The notes beneath the pieces are model-generated. The model ran no database searches. It was not told where the DNA came from and saw only the letters and a program-made list of their open reading frames with translations. A DNA stretch of 63,764 nt, counting the filler. It is 7 parts of 7 records of this genome, joined end to end, with 100 filler letters (N's around TTAATTAATTAA, not from the genome) between each part and the next. Parts side by side here need not be neighbours in the genome. Positions count along the whole stretch, not along the records: positions 40,856 to 50,580 come from SRR31156797_8489; positions 50,681 to 58,061 come from SRR31156797_8492; 5 more parts are not named here. One strand, written 5' to 3'. The position numbers were made by a program, and so were the translations under genes. Position 1 is the first letter of the stretch; every line of letters begins with the position of its first letter. Below are positions 40,989 through 50,721 of this stretch, piece by piece.

Positions 40989-41450
40989 CTATTTCTTAAT
41001 GATCTTATGGGTTTTACTATCTTCGATTTGAAGGAAATAGGTTCCTGGTTCATAATTGGTAAAATCTAAATTTGTCTTAGTTTGCTCAAATTTACCTGTT
41101 GCCATAATACGACCGGAAAAATGATACACCTTATAGGCTTTACCCGTTTCGCTCATTTCAATGGTCAATGCCTGAAAGACCGGATTTGGATATGCCTTTA
41201 ATTGATATTTTGACTGCTCTGGATTGTTAATAGATACTACTTTTAATTCTCCTTGTTGGTATCCCTGAGTAAGGGTAACACCATTATTCTCAAACGTTGT
41301 TGTAACTACCTCACCCATAGACCAACTCATGGTTATATCTCCACCTTGTGATGTGGTTCCAGCGGTTCCAACTAATTCTGTATCTTGTGATTGAGCAAAG
41401 GAAAATAGCGCACAGCAGATGCCGAGGCACAATAAGCCGATTCGTTTCAT
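40989..41450 (-). CDS. Small T9SS type-A sorting domain protein
   Basis: Signal peptide, SWSMGE..LTQGYQQ, AYPNP..GTYFL..KIIKK. Confidence 0.88.
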   Translation of the reverse strand: MKRIGLLCLGICCALFSFAQSQDTELVGTAGTTSQGGDITMSWSMGEVVTTTFENNGVTLTQGYQQGELKVVSINNPEQSKYQLKAYPNPVFQALTIEMSETGKAYKVYHFSGRIMATGKFEQTKTNLDFTNYEPGTYFLQIEDSKTHKIIKK

Positions 41451-41550
41451 GACAATCTTTTGTTAAAAAATTAATACTACTTGTTTTCTAAGATGCAATT
41501 TTAACACTTCGGGAACTTATTTACAAATCTTTGTTGAAGTTTTTTTTTAA

Positions 41551-41592
41551 TAGATGTAAGATAATAGATCACTGATTTTAGATCGAGAGATA
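41551..41592. repeat. Degenerate 7-bp-period tract
   Basis: TAGATGT AAGATAA TAGATCA CTGATTT TAGATCG AGAGATA. Confidence 0.45.
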
Positions 41593-41632
41593 TTCAAACC
41601 TAAGCAGAACATAAGAATAGCAAAAAAGATTG

Positions 41633-42049
41633 TTATTTCAACTCCTCTGCTATCTTGCTCTTTGATATTGGATCAAAAATGAAGACAGATTCAACATTAT
41701 TTTCAGGAATTTCAACTCGATCTATTCGAAAAACAGACCAGCCTCTTATTAAAACATTCTGTGATTTATTTATGGCATACGTTTGCATAACATAAATCCA
41801 GATAACTGATAGAAGAATAATTAGATATTTCCGCCATCTCTTTTTTCTTAATGTGTTATAAATTGAAAATCCGACTATTGAAAAGGAAAAAAACAAGGCA
41901 ATTAAATAATGATGTCGGATTATAGTTACATCATAAGTTGCACTATATCCTGAAAAAAAGAACTTGATAAAATCATTATCATAATTAATAATTGATATAA
42001 TAATTAAAAATGAATAAATCAATATATGGTAAATTTTTATTTTTCTCAT
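41633..42049 (-). CDS. Small three-TM membrane protein, candidate immunity protein
   Basis: Three hydrophobic segments; ATG overlaps the upstream TGA (ATGA, 42046-42049); very AT-rich. Confidence 0.65.
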   Translation of the reverse strand: MRKIKIYHILIYSFLIIISIINYDNDFIKFFFSGYSATYDVTIIRHHYLIALFFSFSIVGFSIYNTLRKKRWRKYLIILLSVIWIYVMQTYAINKSQNVLIRGWSVFRIDRVEIPENNVESVFIFDPISKSKIAEELK

Positions 42050-42987
42050 TCTTCTGTTACTTTTAATCCAATTGGAATTGTATTATCCTTATACCAAACA
42101 GGTGATACTAATACTTCATTATCCATAATAAGAGTTGCTGAAGATCCTCCATCAAAGCTCAAAATATTATTATAACCTAAAGAAAATAAATAATCTCGAA
42201 TTTGATCAAGCGTCATTCCTCCTGACTCCAATTCATCTGGAGATACAACTAACATTAAAGAATTAGTTTGACTATTATGTGCAATTATTACTTTCCCAAC
42301 ATCAGGTGAATTCTGGTTTGCATATCCCCTTGCAGAAATTATATCTTCTTCATCCTCTTCACCAAACATTTGCTCATTTATACACATAGGTATACCACCG
42401 CCAAATCCAAATATTGCATCTTGAGGAGGGTTGCCTAATCCTGAAATCCAATCACCATCCATATTTTTAGCAAAATATGCTCTTGATTCATCAGTTGACA
42501 ATCCAGTTCTTTCGCCATTTTCTACATTTTGTCCCATTGTAACAAATGGAGATACCGTACCCCATGTTGGAAAGATCCCTATATAAGATGTTATATCTTC
42601 ACTTTGATATTGCTGTAAATTGACATAAAATTCTCTTTTACTCGATTGATAACTACCATCAATTGTATTTGTAAAAGAATTCATATTACCCTTAACTACA
42701 AAACTTAAAGAAAACTTGGGGATTTCAACAAAATAAACTCCGTTTAAGACTTTAGGTGGATTATCTTCTTCTTGATTATATTTATTCTTCTCCTTAGTTG
42801 TCCAGGCATTAGGAAAAATAGATTTTAATTGTTTTTCCTCCTCTTCATCAGCAAATTGTTGAAGAGGTTCTGTCATTTTTCTTTTAAGTTGCTTCATTAA
42901 CAACTCCGTGTTTTGGGCAGGTTTCCTTTGAGTACCTGTGCGGCCGGAAAGTACACTTGATTGATTTTCTTTTTTGTAATCGAACAT
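42046..42987 (-). CDS. Phosphodiester glycosidase (NAGPA/DUF2233)-like domain protein with low-complexity N-terminus
   Basis: C-terminal GMTLDQIRDYLFSLGYNNILSFDGGSSATL matches the NAGPA-family G..l..l...l..LG....DGG(G)S pattern; no signal peptide. ATG 42987 preferred to TTG 43014. Confidence 0.7.
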   Translation of the reverse strand: MFDYKKENQSSVLSGRTGTQRKPAQNTELLMKQLKRKMTEPLQQFADEEEEKQLKSIFPNAWTTKEKNKYNQEEDNPPKVLNGVYFVEIPKFSLSFVVKGNMNSFTNTIDGSYQSSKREFYVNLQQYQSEDITSYIGIFPTWGTVSPFVTMGQNVENGERTGLSTDESRAYFAKNMDGDWISGLGNPPQDAIFGFGGGIPMCINEQMFGEEDEEDIISARGYANQNSPDVGKVIIAHNSQTNSLMLVVSPDELESGGMTLDQIRDYLFSLGYNNILSFDGGSSATLIMDNEVLVSPVWYKDNTIPIGLKVTEE

Positions 42988-43054
42988 GGGTAAAATATAA
43001 ACTGCTTGCAGCAAAAATAGGATTTATTTATTGTTTGACCAGAAAAAACATGCT

Positions 43055-43095
43055 TTTGGAATTTGAAATTTTGGGATTTGGCATTTGGTAAATTT
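43055..43095. repeat. Degenerate 7-bp-period tract
   Basis: TTTGGAA TTTGAAA T TTTGGGA TTTGGCA TTTGGTA. Confidence 0.55.
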
Positions 43096-43160
43096 ATTTT
43101 TCTCCTTTTTTCTGAGTAAATTTATAGGCTGGTGAACGAAAAATCCTTTATAATTTTACT

Positions 43161-44957
43161 ATGAAACTACATTTTACAATCTTTCTCAGTCTTTTTGCGT
43201 CTTTTACTTTTGGACAATACACTATTCAATCTCAATACCTGCAAGATCCAGATCTTCTGATTCCATTTGTGGAGGATTGTGCCGATTTTTGGACAGGTGT
43301 GCATGATGACGTCTATGGTGGATTCTTTGTGGATGTCAACAGATTTGGCAACGTAACTAATGATAGCTACAAAACTGTTGTAAACAATTCCCGTGACGCC
43401 TATGGTCTTACACGTGCCTATATGCTCACAGGTAACGAAACATATCTGAACATGGCAGAATCTGCAGTTGAATTCATGCAAAATCATTTATGGGATGATG
43501 AATATGGTGGTTGGTATAATCAATGCAACAGAGATGGAACCGCACCTTCTTTAGGTGATAAAACGGCTTTTGACCAACATTACGGATTGCTTGGTTTAAC
43601 TGCATATTTCGAAGCCACCACCAATGGCACTGCCATGCAATACATCGAAGATGGTTTCGATTTTATGGATACCTATATGTGGGATAACCGTGGGGACTAT
43701 TTGGGTTATTATGATGTGGTTTCACGTGATGGTACAAGTCCATCAGGCAAAACCTTCAACAGTACGGCAGATGCTGTTACTACACATCTTTACAATTTAT
43801 ACCTATTGACGCAGGATCAAAAATATTTTGATCGACTTATGATTATGAAGGCCAATCTTCAGGATTATTTTGTCGGTAGCATGGATACGCAAGCAATAGG
43901 ATTTGCTGAAGCTTATGACAGCAACTGGAATATTGATCCTTCTGAAGAGCGGACCATTATGGGGCACGTTCTAAAAACCGCATGGTGCCTAGGTCGTGCT
44001 CACACAGTAGAAGCAGACCAATCAGCCATTGATGATGCTTTTCTACTTGTGGATGATGTATGGAATAATGGTTACGATCATGAATATGGTGGCCCCTATA
44101 AAGACTATAATCGTTTAACAGGTGAAATGTACATGTACGGAGCTAATGATATAGCCAAAGCATGGTGGCAAATGGAACAAGCTGTAACATCCGGATTGTT
44201 GCTTTTTGACATTACAAGAAGTGGACGCTACCTTCGAATGGCCGACGAAAGTCTGGACTTTTTCATGGAATATTTCGTCGATGACACTTACGATGAAGTA
44301 TATGCTGACAGATCCAGAACAGGTGGACGCGTTTACTACAATGGCGGTTACTGGGACGAAAACAAAGGTAGTGGTTGGAAGGCAGGATATCATTCCATTG
44401 AAACAGGTTACTACGCCTATCTATATGGAAAACTTGTTATAAATGATGAGCCTGTAACACTTTATTACAAATATCAGTCAGCTGACACAACCCGTACCAT
44501 TTATATGAATCCACTAGCTACAGATTTTAGTCAATTGGAGGTAACAGCTGTTACTAAGGACGATGTGGCTTACACCGATTTTGACGGTACTACTCGAACT
44601 TTAAACTTACCAGCCGGAACCGCTGGAACTTTTGCCATTACATACAAGTACAACAATGCCGGAAGTGTTGATATTCAGGAAATTGCTCAAGAAGCAGTGC
44701 CATTTAAACTATTGGGAGCTTATCCAAATCCTTTTAATGATTTAGCTCAAATTCAAATCAAAACTAATCAACCAACCGATGTTGCTTACACTATTTTTAA
44801 TGCCAATGGGCAATTAATAGACAGGCAAATCATATCAGGAGTTTTAGGCGAAAAACAAATTTATATTAATGGTAATAATCTACCTGAGGGACTATACATT
44901 TACAAATTATCAGCCAATGGATTTGAAACAACTGGAAAAATCATGAAGCGAAACTAA
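43161..44957 (+). CDS. AGE/cellobiose-2-epimerase superfamily protein with signal peptide and T9SS C-terminal domain
   Basis: DDVYGGFF, NSR, WDDEYGGWY, GHVLKTAW, WWQME, WKAGYH; C-terminal YPNPF..GLYIYKL..GKIMK. Confidence 0.8.
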   Translation: MKLHFTIFLSLFASFTFGQYTIQSQYLQDPDLLIPFVEDCADFWTGVHDDVYGGFFVDVNRFGNVTNDSYKTVVNNSRDAYGLTRAYMLTGNETYLNMAESAVEFMQNHLWDDEYGGWYNQCNRDGTAPSLGDKTAFDQHYGLLGLTAYFEATTNGTAMQYIEDGFDFMDTYMWDNRGDYLGYYDVVSRDGTSPSGKTFNSTADAVTTHLYNLYLLTQDQKYFDRLMIMKANLQDYFVGSMDTQAIGFAEAYDSNWNIDPSEERTIMGHVLKTAWCLGRAHTVEADQSAIDDAFLLVDDVWNNGYDHEYGGPYKDYNRLTGEMYMYGANDIAKAWWQMEQAVTSGLLLFDITRSGRYLRMADESLDFFMEYFVDDTYDEVYADRSRTGGRVYYNGGYWDENKGSGWKAGYHSIETGYYAYLYGKLVINDEPVTLYYKYQSADTTRTIYMNPLATDFSQLEVTAVTKDDVAYTDFDGTTRTLNLPAGTAGTFAITYKYNNAGSVDIQEIAQEAVPFKLLGAYPNPFNDLAQIQIKTNQPTDVAYTIFNANGQLIDRQIISGVLGEKQIYINGNNLPEGLYIYKLSANGFETTGKIMKRN

Positions 44958-45040
44958 ATTACATATTTAACGAAAAGCTAATTTATTAAAGATCTAAACT
45001 GCATAAGAAATTAATACATTTATATAAAAAACATACTGCC

Positions 45041-48000
45041 ATGAATCGTAAACTGTTAATTGCTTTAATCGTCGTTATTGCAGCGGCCGTTGGTGCCTAT
45101 TTTGCATTTTCCGGAAAATCAACAATGGATAACCAGCAAGCGCATGCCCGCTGGATATCAGCTCATACAAGTGGAACCGTATCAGCACACAGTCCGGTAA
45201 AAGTGTATTTTACTAAAAATATCATTGCTGAGGATCAAACCGGAACAGTAGTGCAAGATGGCGTGTTCGACATCTCTCCTTCTGTTGATGGGCAAGCATT
45301 GTGGGTACAACCAAATGTATTAGAGTTCACTCCTGCTCAACCTTTTGAAAATGGAGAAAGCTACAAAGTTTCGGTAGATATTGCTGAAATGGTTGACTCA
45401 CTTCGAGTTGATGATTATGAGTTCTCGTTTGAAATCATTGAACAGGATTTCAGTCTCGATATTGAGGGAATTATGCCCATCAATATGCAAAAATCAATGA
45501 TGTTTAAAGTCATAGGTACTTTGACATTAGCAGATAAAGCAGAGCAAGAGGCAGTAGACAAAATGTTAGAAGCTAGCATCGGTAATGAAAATTTCAATAT
45601 TAAATGGGAAGTAGACAATACCGGGCGTATGTATCAATTTACTGTTGATAGTATTGCCAGAACTGACAATACAAGAGAACTTAAGATCTCATATACAGGT
45701 GATCCAATTGGAGTAAGCAAAAAAGGGGAAACTTCTTATAAAATTCCATCAAAAGGAGCTTTCCTTGTAACTGGGTATCAGGTACAGCAATATCCTGATC
45801 AGCAAGTTACAATCTATTTCTCTGATCCGGTAAAACGTTATCAGGATTTGAAAGGATTATTTGCGTTAAGTAGCATAAAAAGCTATCAGGTTGATGTGGC
45901 TGGCAACCGTGTAATTATTCAGCCTGATCAACGTCAAAAAGTAACCGACCAATTACGTATTTCTTCCGGAGTAGTGAGTACCAATAACAAAAAATTGGGC
46001 AGAGATACCATCTTTTCAATTGCATTTGAGGAGTTAGAACCGGCAGTTAGAAAAAAATCAGAAGATGTGATTCTGCCTCCGGGAAATCAGGGTGCTTTAT
46101 TTGCCTTTGAAGCTGTAAACTTACGCGCTGTAGATGTTAGAATTTATAGGGTTTACGAAAATAATATTATTCAATTTTTACAAGTAAATGAATTAGCCGG
46201 TGATTACCAGTTAAACCGCGTTGGAAAGCCTATTTTCGAAAAAACAGTAGTGCTTGATCAGTATGCCAATACTGACCTGGGACAGTGGAACACATTTTAT
46301 ATTGATTTAAGCAAAATTGTTGAACAAGAACCCGGTGCATTGTACCATATTCAAATAGCTTACAGACAGGAAAATGCCATCACGCAGTGTGATGATGAAC
46401 CAGGTTCAAATAAAGCAGTAATTGCACCTACTGAATTTTGGGACCAGTTTGAAAACTATTACTATTCATACGATTATAGCTGGCGCGATCGGGATAATCC
46501 TTGTAAAGAAGCCTATTATGGTTACAGACGTGCCATGACACACAATTTCATGGTTAGCGATATAGGTATTATTGCGAAAAAAGGGCAAGGCAAAGAACTT
46601 ATTATTTTCACAACTAAGCTCTCGAACACAACCGTGCTTCCCGGAGCTACAGTAGAAGTACTAGACTATCAACAACAGGTTTTAGCATCTAAAAAAACAG
46701 ATTCAGATGGAAAAGTTGTGCTAACTGGTTTGGATAAACCTTACTTTATTAAAGCAACTGACGGAAATCACACAAGTTATCTAAGGCTAACCAGCTCTGA
46801 ATCGCTTTCATATAGTCATTTTCCAACTGATGGGGTTACGGTACAAGATGGTATTAAAGGTTTTATCTATAACGAACGAGGGGTATACCGCCCTGGAGAT
46901 ACCATCTATACCGGATTTATGTTACATGATATTTCTGGTGACTTGCCAGAAAATGCACCTGTTACCATAGAACTTTACAATGCAAGGGGGCAACAAGCAG
47001 GGAAACATGTTATTCCACGTAAGGAAGCTGATCATTATCTAGTTCATTTCAACACCAATACAGATGATGAAACAGGTCGCTGGAATATCAAAGCAATGAT
47101 TGGCAACATTAATTTCAATCAGACGGTTTCTGTTGAAACAGTGAAGCCTAACCGACTAAAAATCAACATTGACATTGATGAAACGGTATATGCAGGTGAT
47201 GAGCAAAAAATCAAGATGCATAGCGAATGGCTTCATGGAGCACCAGTTAGTGGCTTAAAATATACAGTAGAAGGTGCTGCCAATAAATCATACTTGAAAT
47301 TCGATAAATATCCTGGATTTGAGTTCAACCACAAAGAGCATCAATTAAGTACTTCACCTGATTTGTATCACAGCGGAAACCTAGATGCTTCAGGTGATGC
47401 CCTTATTCCTCCATATTCTCCAAATAGTAGTTCTTTACCATCGAAAGTAAATCTATCTTATTTCTTTAAAGTATTTGAACCCAATGGAAATTTTAGTATT
47501 TCATCGGCTCGCCAATCCTACTTGCCTTATGAAACCTATGTGGGTTTAAGACTACCCGAACCAACCGGAAGTTTCCATATGTTTCAAACAGATAAACCTA
47601 TCAATATTGAAGTTGTAGCAGTAAATCCGAAAGGTGAAAAGTATAACAATACAATCAGGGCAAAAGTAAAAATCTACAGAGTATCCTGGAGTTGGTGGTG
47701 GGAATCTTCAAGCGATTTTGGTTATTATTACAAGCGCTATAAAAAGCTTAAAGAAACCAAATACGTAAACATAAAAGGAGGTGAAGGCACCTTCGAGATG
47801 GAAATGGACAGAGATGATTGGGGCCGCTACTTGATAGAAGTTACAAACTTACAAAACAATCAGGTAGCTTCAAGCTTCATCTATTTTGATTGGCCTTCTT
47901 ATGCCGGACGAAACAGTCGCCCGGATGGAGTATCACAAAACATGTTACGATTTGCCACAGATAAAGAAGAATATGTAACAGGTGAAAAAGTTAGCCTCAC

Positions 48001-50545
48001 CTTCCCAACTACCCAGGGAGGCAAAGCATTGATTAGTATTGAAGATGGTGTAAAAGTAATTGAAACTTATTGGGTGGACACCCAGGAAAAAGAAACTTCT
48101 TTCTCTTTTAATACCACATCTGAAATGAGTCCAAATTGCTACATCAACATTCATTATTTACAACCGTATCAAAACACTGGTAATGATCTTCCATTGCGTT
48201 TATACGGAGTAGCAGGGATTAAAGTCAACAATCCGGACACTAAGCTCAAGCCAATTATTGAAGTAGATGAAGCAGTTGAAACAGGCAAAGAGTTTGAAAT
48301 TACTATCTCAGAACAGGAAGGTAAACCAATGAGTTACACCATTGCCATTGTTGATGAAGGATTATTGGCCTTAACTAATTTTAAAACTCCGGATCCTCAT
48401 AAACACTTCTTTAGTCACGAAGCACTTGGTGTAATTACTTATGACTTGTTTGATTGGGTTATTGGAGCATTCAATGGTACAATAGAGCGTGTTATTGGTA
48501 TTGGTGGTGGTGCCGATATGGATAGCGATCCTGAGAAAAATGCCGATCAACGATTTAAACCTGTTGTAGTGGTTGAAGGTCCATTTGAACTGCGTAGCGG
48601 TAAATCGATGACACATAAAATTAAGCTGCCACCTTACATTGGCGAAGTCAGAACCATGGTGATAGCCAGAAACGATGAAGCATTTGGTAAAGCTGAAAAA
48701 AGCACTAAAGTGAAGGCACCTTTAATGGTAATGACTACGGCACCACGTAAATTAGTAATGGGTGATAAATTCGTGGTTCCAGTAAATGTATTTCGCGATC
48801 AATCTTCATCAGGCAGCGTAACGGTAGAGTTAAAAGCTGATAATAATATGGAAGTTGTCAATCCAAAACAGAAAATATCATTTGGAAGTGGTCAGGAAGA
48901 ACAAATGATATTCTTCGAATGCACAGCAGGTAAAAACCCGGGTGCTACCAACTTCAGTGTGCATGCCATGGACGGTAACTATACTGCCAATGAAGCACTA
49001 TATATTGAAATATATAACCCAACACCAACCATTTACAATGTGGAATATGTGCAACTCAAAGACAATGATAAACGTGATATTGCAGTTGATCCTATTGGCA
49101 CCCCAGGAACAAATAAACTCACAGCTGAAATAGCCACTATGCCACCATTTAATGCGCACAAACATTTCAGTTATCTGCTCAAATATCCACACGGGTGTAT
49201 TGAGCAAACCGTATCAGGGGTGCTTGGGTTAATCAACGCGCCTAAAATCATGCAAATATCTGAAGATGAGAAGAAAAAGATGGATGAAAAGATTGATTTT
49301 GCATTGAAAAAATTGAAAAAATTCCAACACTCAAGTGGTGGATTTGGCTACTGGCCCGGCTCAAGTAACGTGAATGAGTGGGGCACCAATTACGGTGGAC
49401 ATTTTATGATTGTGGCAGAAAAAGCAGGTTATAAAATTGATCAGGCTGTTTACAACAAGTGGTTGCGTTACCAGAAAACTATGGCCAAAAATTGGGTGGA
49501 CAACGGTACCACAAGTCGTTTTAACCAGGCATACAGACTTTACACACTAGCTCTGGCAGGTAAATCTCAACGCGGAGCCATGAACAGGTTACGCGGCACA
49601 AATGATTTGCATTCAGCTACCAAATGGCGTTTAGCGGCAGCATATGCTGTTGATGGCCGCAAGAAAGCTGCGGAGAAATTAATAGCTTCACTTTCTGCAA
49701 GTAAAGAACTTAGTACGATTAGATACACTTATGGTTCTGTTTTACGCGATCAGGCCATGGTATTGCAAACGCTTGATTACTTAGGCAAGGAAACCGAAGC
49801 ATTCAACCTCATCACTGAAATGTCTGAATCAATGATATCTGATCGTTGGCACAGCACACAAACCCGTGCATGGGTATTGTACGCCATAAGCGATTATTAT
49901 CGCAAACGTGATGTTGCCCGTGAAATAAATGTATCATACAGTATCAACAATGGTAAGAAAAATGATATTCAAACCAATATGCACATGATCCAGGTTGATA
50001 TCCCATTGGAATTCTCCTTATCACAAAATATTGAGTTTACGAATGAATCGGGTGGTGAAACATTCCTGCAACTGATTAATGAGGGTAAACCGCTACCGAA
50101 AGAACTAGAAGGTGGTGCATCCAACTTATCAATCGACGTTACTTACATGGACTTTGATCGCAATAGTATTGATATCACAAAACTGGATCAAACCACTGAT
50201 TTCATTGCTAAAATCAGGGTTTCACATCCGGGAATTCGTAGTACATATGAAGATATGGCATTAACTTTCACTGCACCAGGTGGATGGGAAATTGTCAACA
50301 CCCGATTTACTGAGTTTGGCGGATCAATTAGCGAAAGCAGTTATACCTTCCGCGATTTCAGAGATACACAGGTAATGACCTATTTTGATTTGAGAAAAGG
50401 AGAATCAAAAACATTCTACATCAAACTGAATGCAACCTATCCGGGAACCTATTATTTCTCGCCGGTAATTGTAGAAGCCATGTACGATCATATGATTAAT
50501 GCACGTACCAAATCACAGTTTGTAGAGATAAAGAAAAAGGAATGA
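45041..50545 (+). CDS. Bacterial alpha-2-macroglobulin
   Basis: ERGVYRPGD (MG2), AIVDEGLL, bait-region GGG, intact thioester YPHGCIEQ, EAMYD; N-terminal hydrophobic anchor without Cys. Confidence 0.93.
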   Translation: MNRKLLIALIVVIAAAVGAYFAFSGKSTMDNQQAHARWISAHTSGTVSAHSPVKVYFTKNIIAEDQTGTVVQDGVFDISPSVDGQALWVQPNVLEFTPAQPFENGESYKVSVDIAEMVDSLRVDDYEFSFEIIEQDFSLDIEGIMPINMQKSMMFKVIGTLTLADKAEQEAVDKMLEASIGNENFNIKWEVDNTGRMYQFTVDSIARTDNTRELKISYTGDPIGVSKKGETSYKIPSKGAFLVTGYQVQQYPDQQVTIYFSDPVKRYQDLKGLFALSSIKSYQVDVAGNRVIIQPDQRQKVTDQLRISSGVVSTNNKKLGRDTIFSIAFEELEPAVRKKSEDVILPPGNQGALFAFEAVNLRAVDVRIYRVYENNIIQFLQVNELAGDYQLNRVGKPIFEKTVVLDQYANTDLGQWNTFYIDLSKIVEQEPGALYHIQIAYRQENAITQCDDEPGSNKAVIAPTEFWDQFENYYYSYDYSWRDRDNPCKEAYYGYRRAMTHNFMVSDIGIIAKKGQGKELIIFTTKLSNTTVLPGATVEVLDYQQQVLASKKTDSDGKVVLTGLDKPYFIKATDGNHTSYLRLTSSESLSYSHFPTDGVTVQDGIKGFIYNERGVYRPGDTIYTGFMLHDISGDLPENAPVTIELYNARGQQAGKHVIPRKEADHYLVHFNTNTDDETGRWNIKAMIGNINFNQTVSVETVKPNRLKINIDIDETVYAGDEQKIKMHSEWLHGAPVSGLKYTVEGAANKSYLKFDKYPGFEFNHKEHQLSTSPDLYHSGNLDASGDALIPPYSPNSSSLPSKVNLSYFFKVFEPNGNFSISSARQSYLPYETYVGLRLPEPTGSFHMFQTDKPINIEVVAVNPKGEKYNNTIRAKVKIYRVSWSWWWESSSDFGYYYKRYKKLKETKYVNIKGGEGTFEMEMDRDDWGRYLIEVTNLQNNQVASSFIYFDWPSYAGRNSRPDGVSQNMLRFATDKEEYVTGEKVSLTFPTTQGGKALISIEDGVKVIETYWVDTQEKETSFSFNTTSEMSPNCYINIHYLQPYQNTGNDLPLRLYGVAGIKVNNPDTKLKPIIEVDEAVETGKEFEITISEQEGKPMSYTIAIVDEGLLALTNFKTPDPHKHFFSHEALGVITYDLFDWVIGAFNGTIERVIGIGGGADMDSDPEKNADQRFKPVVVVEGPFELRSGKSMTHKIKLPPYIGEVRTMVIARNDEAFGKAEKSTKVKAPLMVMTTAPRKLVMGDKFVVPVNVFRDQSSSGSVTVELKADNNMEVVNPKQKISFGSGQEEQMIFFECTAGKNPGATNFSVHAMDGNYTANEALYIEIYNPTPTIYNVEYVQLKDNDKRDIAVDPIGTPGTNKLTAEIATMPPFNAHKHFSYLLKYPHGCIEQTVSGVLGLINAPKIMQISEDEKKKMDEKIDFALKKLKKFQHSSGGFGYWPGSSNVNEWGTNYGGHFMIVAEKAGYKIDQAVYNKWLRYQKTMAKNWVDNGTTSRFNQAYRLYTLALAGKSQRGAMNRLRGTNDLHSATKWRLAAAYAVDGRKKAAEKLIASLSASKELSTIRYTYGSVLRDQAMVLQTLDYLGKETEAFNLITEMSESMISDRWHSTQTRAWVLYAISDYYRKRDVAREINVSYSINNGKKNDIQTNMHMIQVDIPLEFSLSQNIEFTNESGGETFLQLINEGKPLPKELEGGASNLSIDVTYMDFDRNSIDITKLDQTTDFIAKIRVSHPGIRSTYEDMALTFTAPGGWEIVNTRFTEFGGSISESSYTFRDFRDTQVMTYFDLRKGESKTFYIKLNATYPGTYYFSPVIVEAMYDHMINARTKSQFVEIKKKE

Positions 50546-50559
50546 AAAATATTGGTTTC

Positions 50560-50580
50560 GTAGAGACGCACGATCGTGCG
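50560..50580 (+). repeat. GTAG-type REP-like palindrome, truncated by contig end
   Basis: GTAGAGA-CGCACGATCGTGCG; the 14-bp core is a perfect palindrome. Confidence 0.65.
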
Positions 50581-50680
50581 NNNNNNNNNNNNNNNNNNNN
50601 NNNNNNNNNNNNNNNNNNNNNNNNTTAATTAATTAANNNNNNNNNNNNNNNNNNNNNNNNNNNNNNNNNNNNNNNNNNNN
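50581..50680. other. Artificial contig spacer
   Basis: N-run with TTAATTAATTAA. Confidence 0.98.
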
Positions 50681-50721
50681 CGGGCAAATTGGCCATTTGT
50701 GGATGGGCACGAGAGAATAAA

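Noticed and set aside
50682..50720. 3' end of hdrC before hdrB
   Set aside because: A 12-codon open frame ends there and the context fits, but it shows no recognisable motif.
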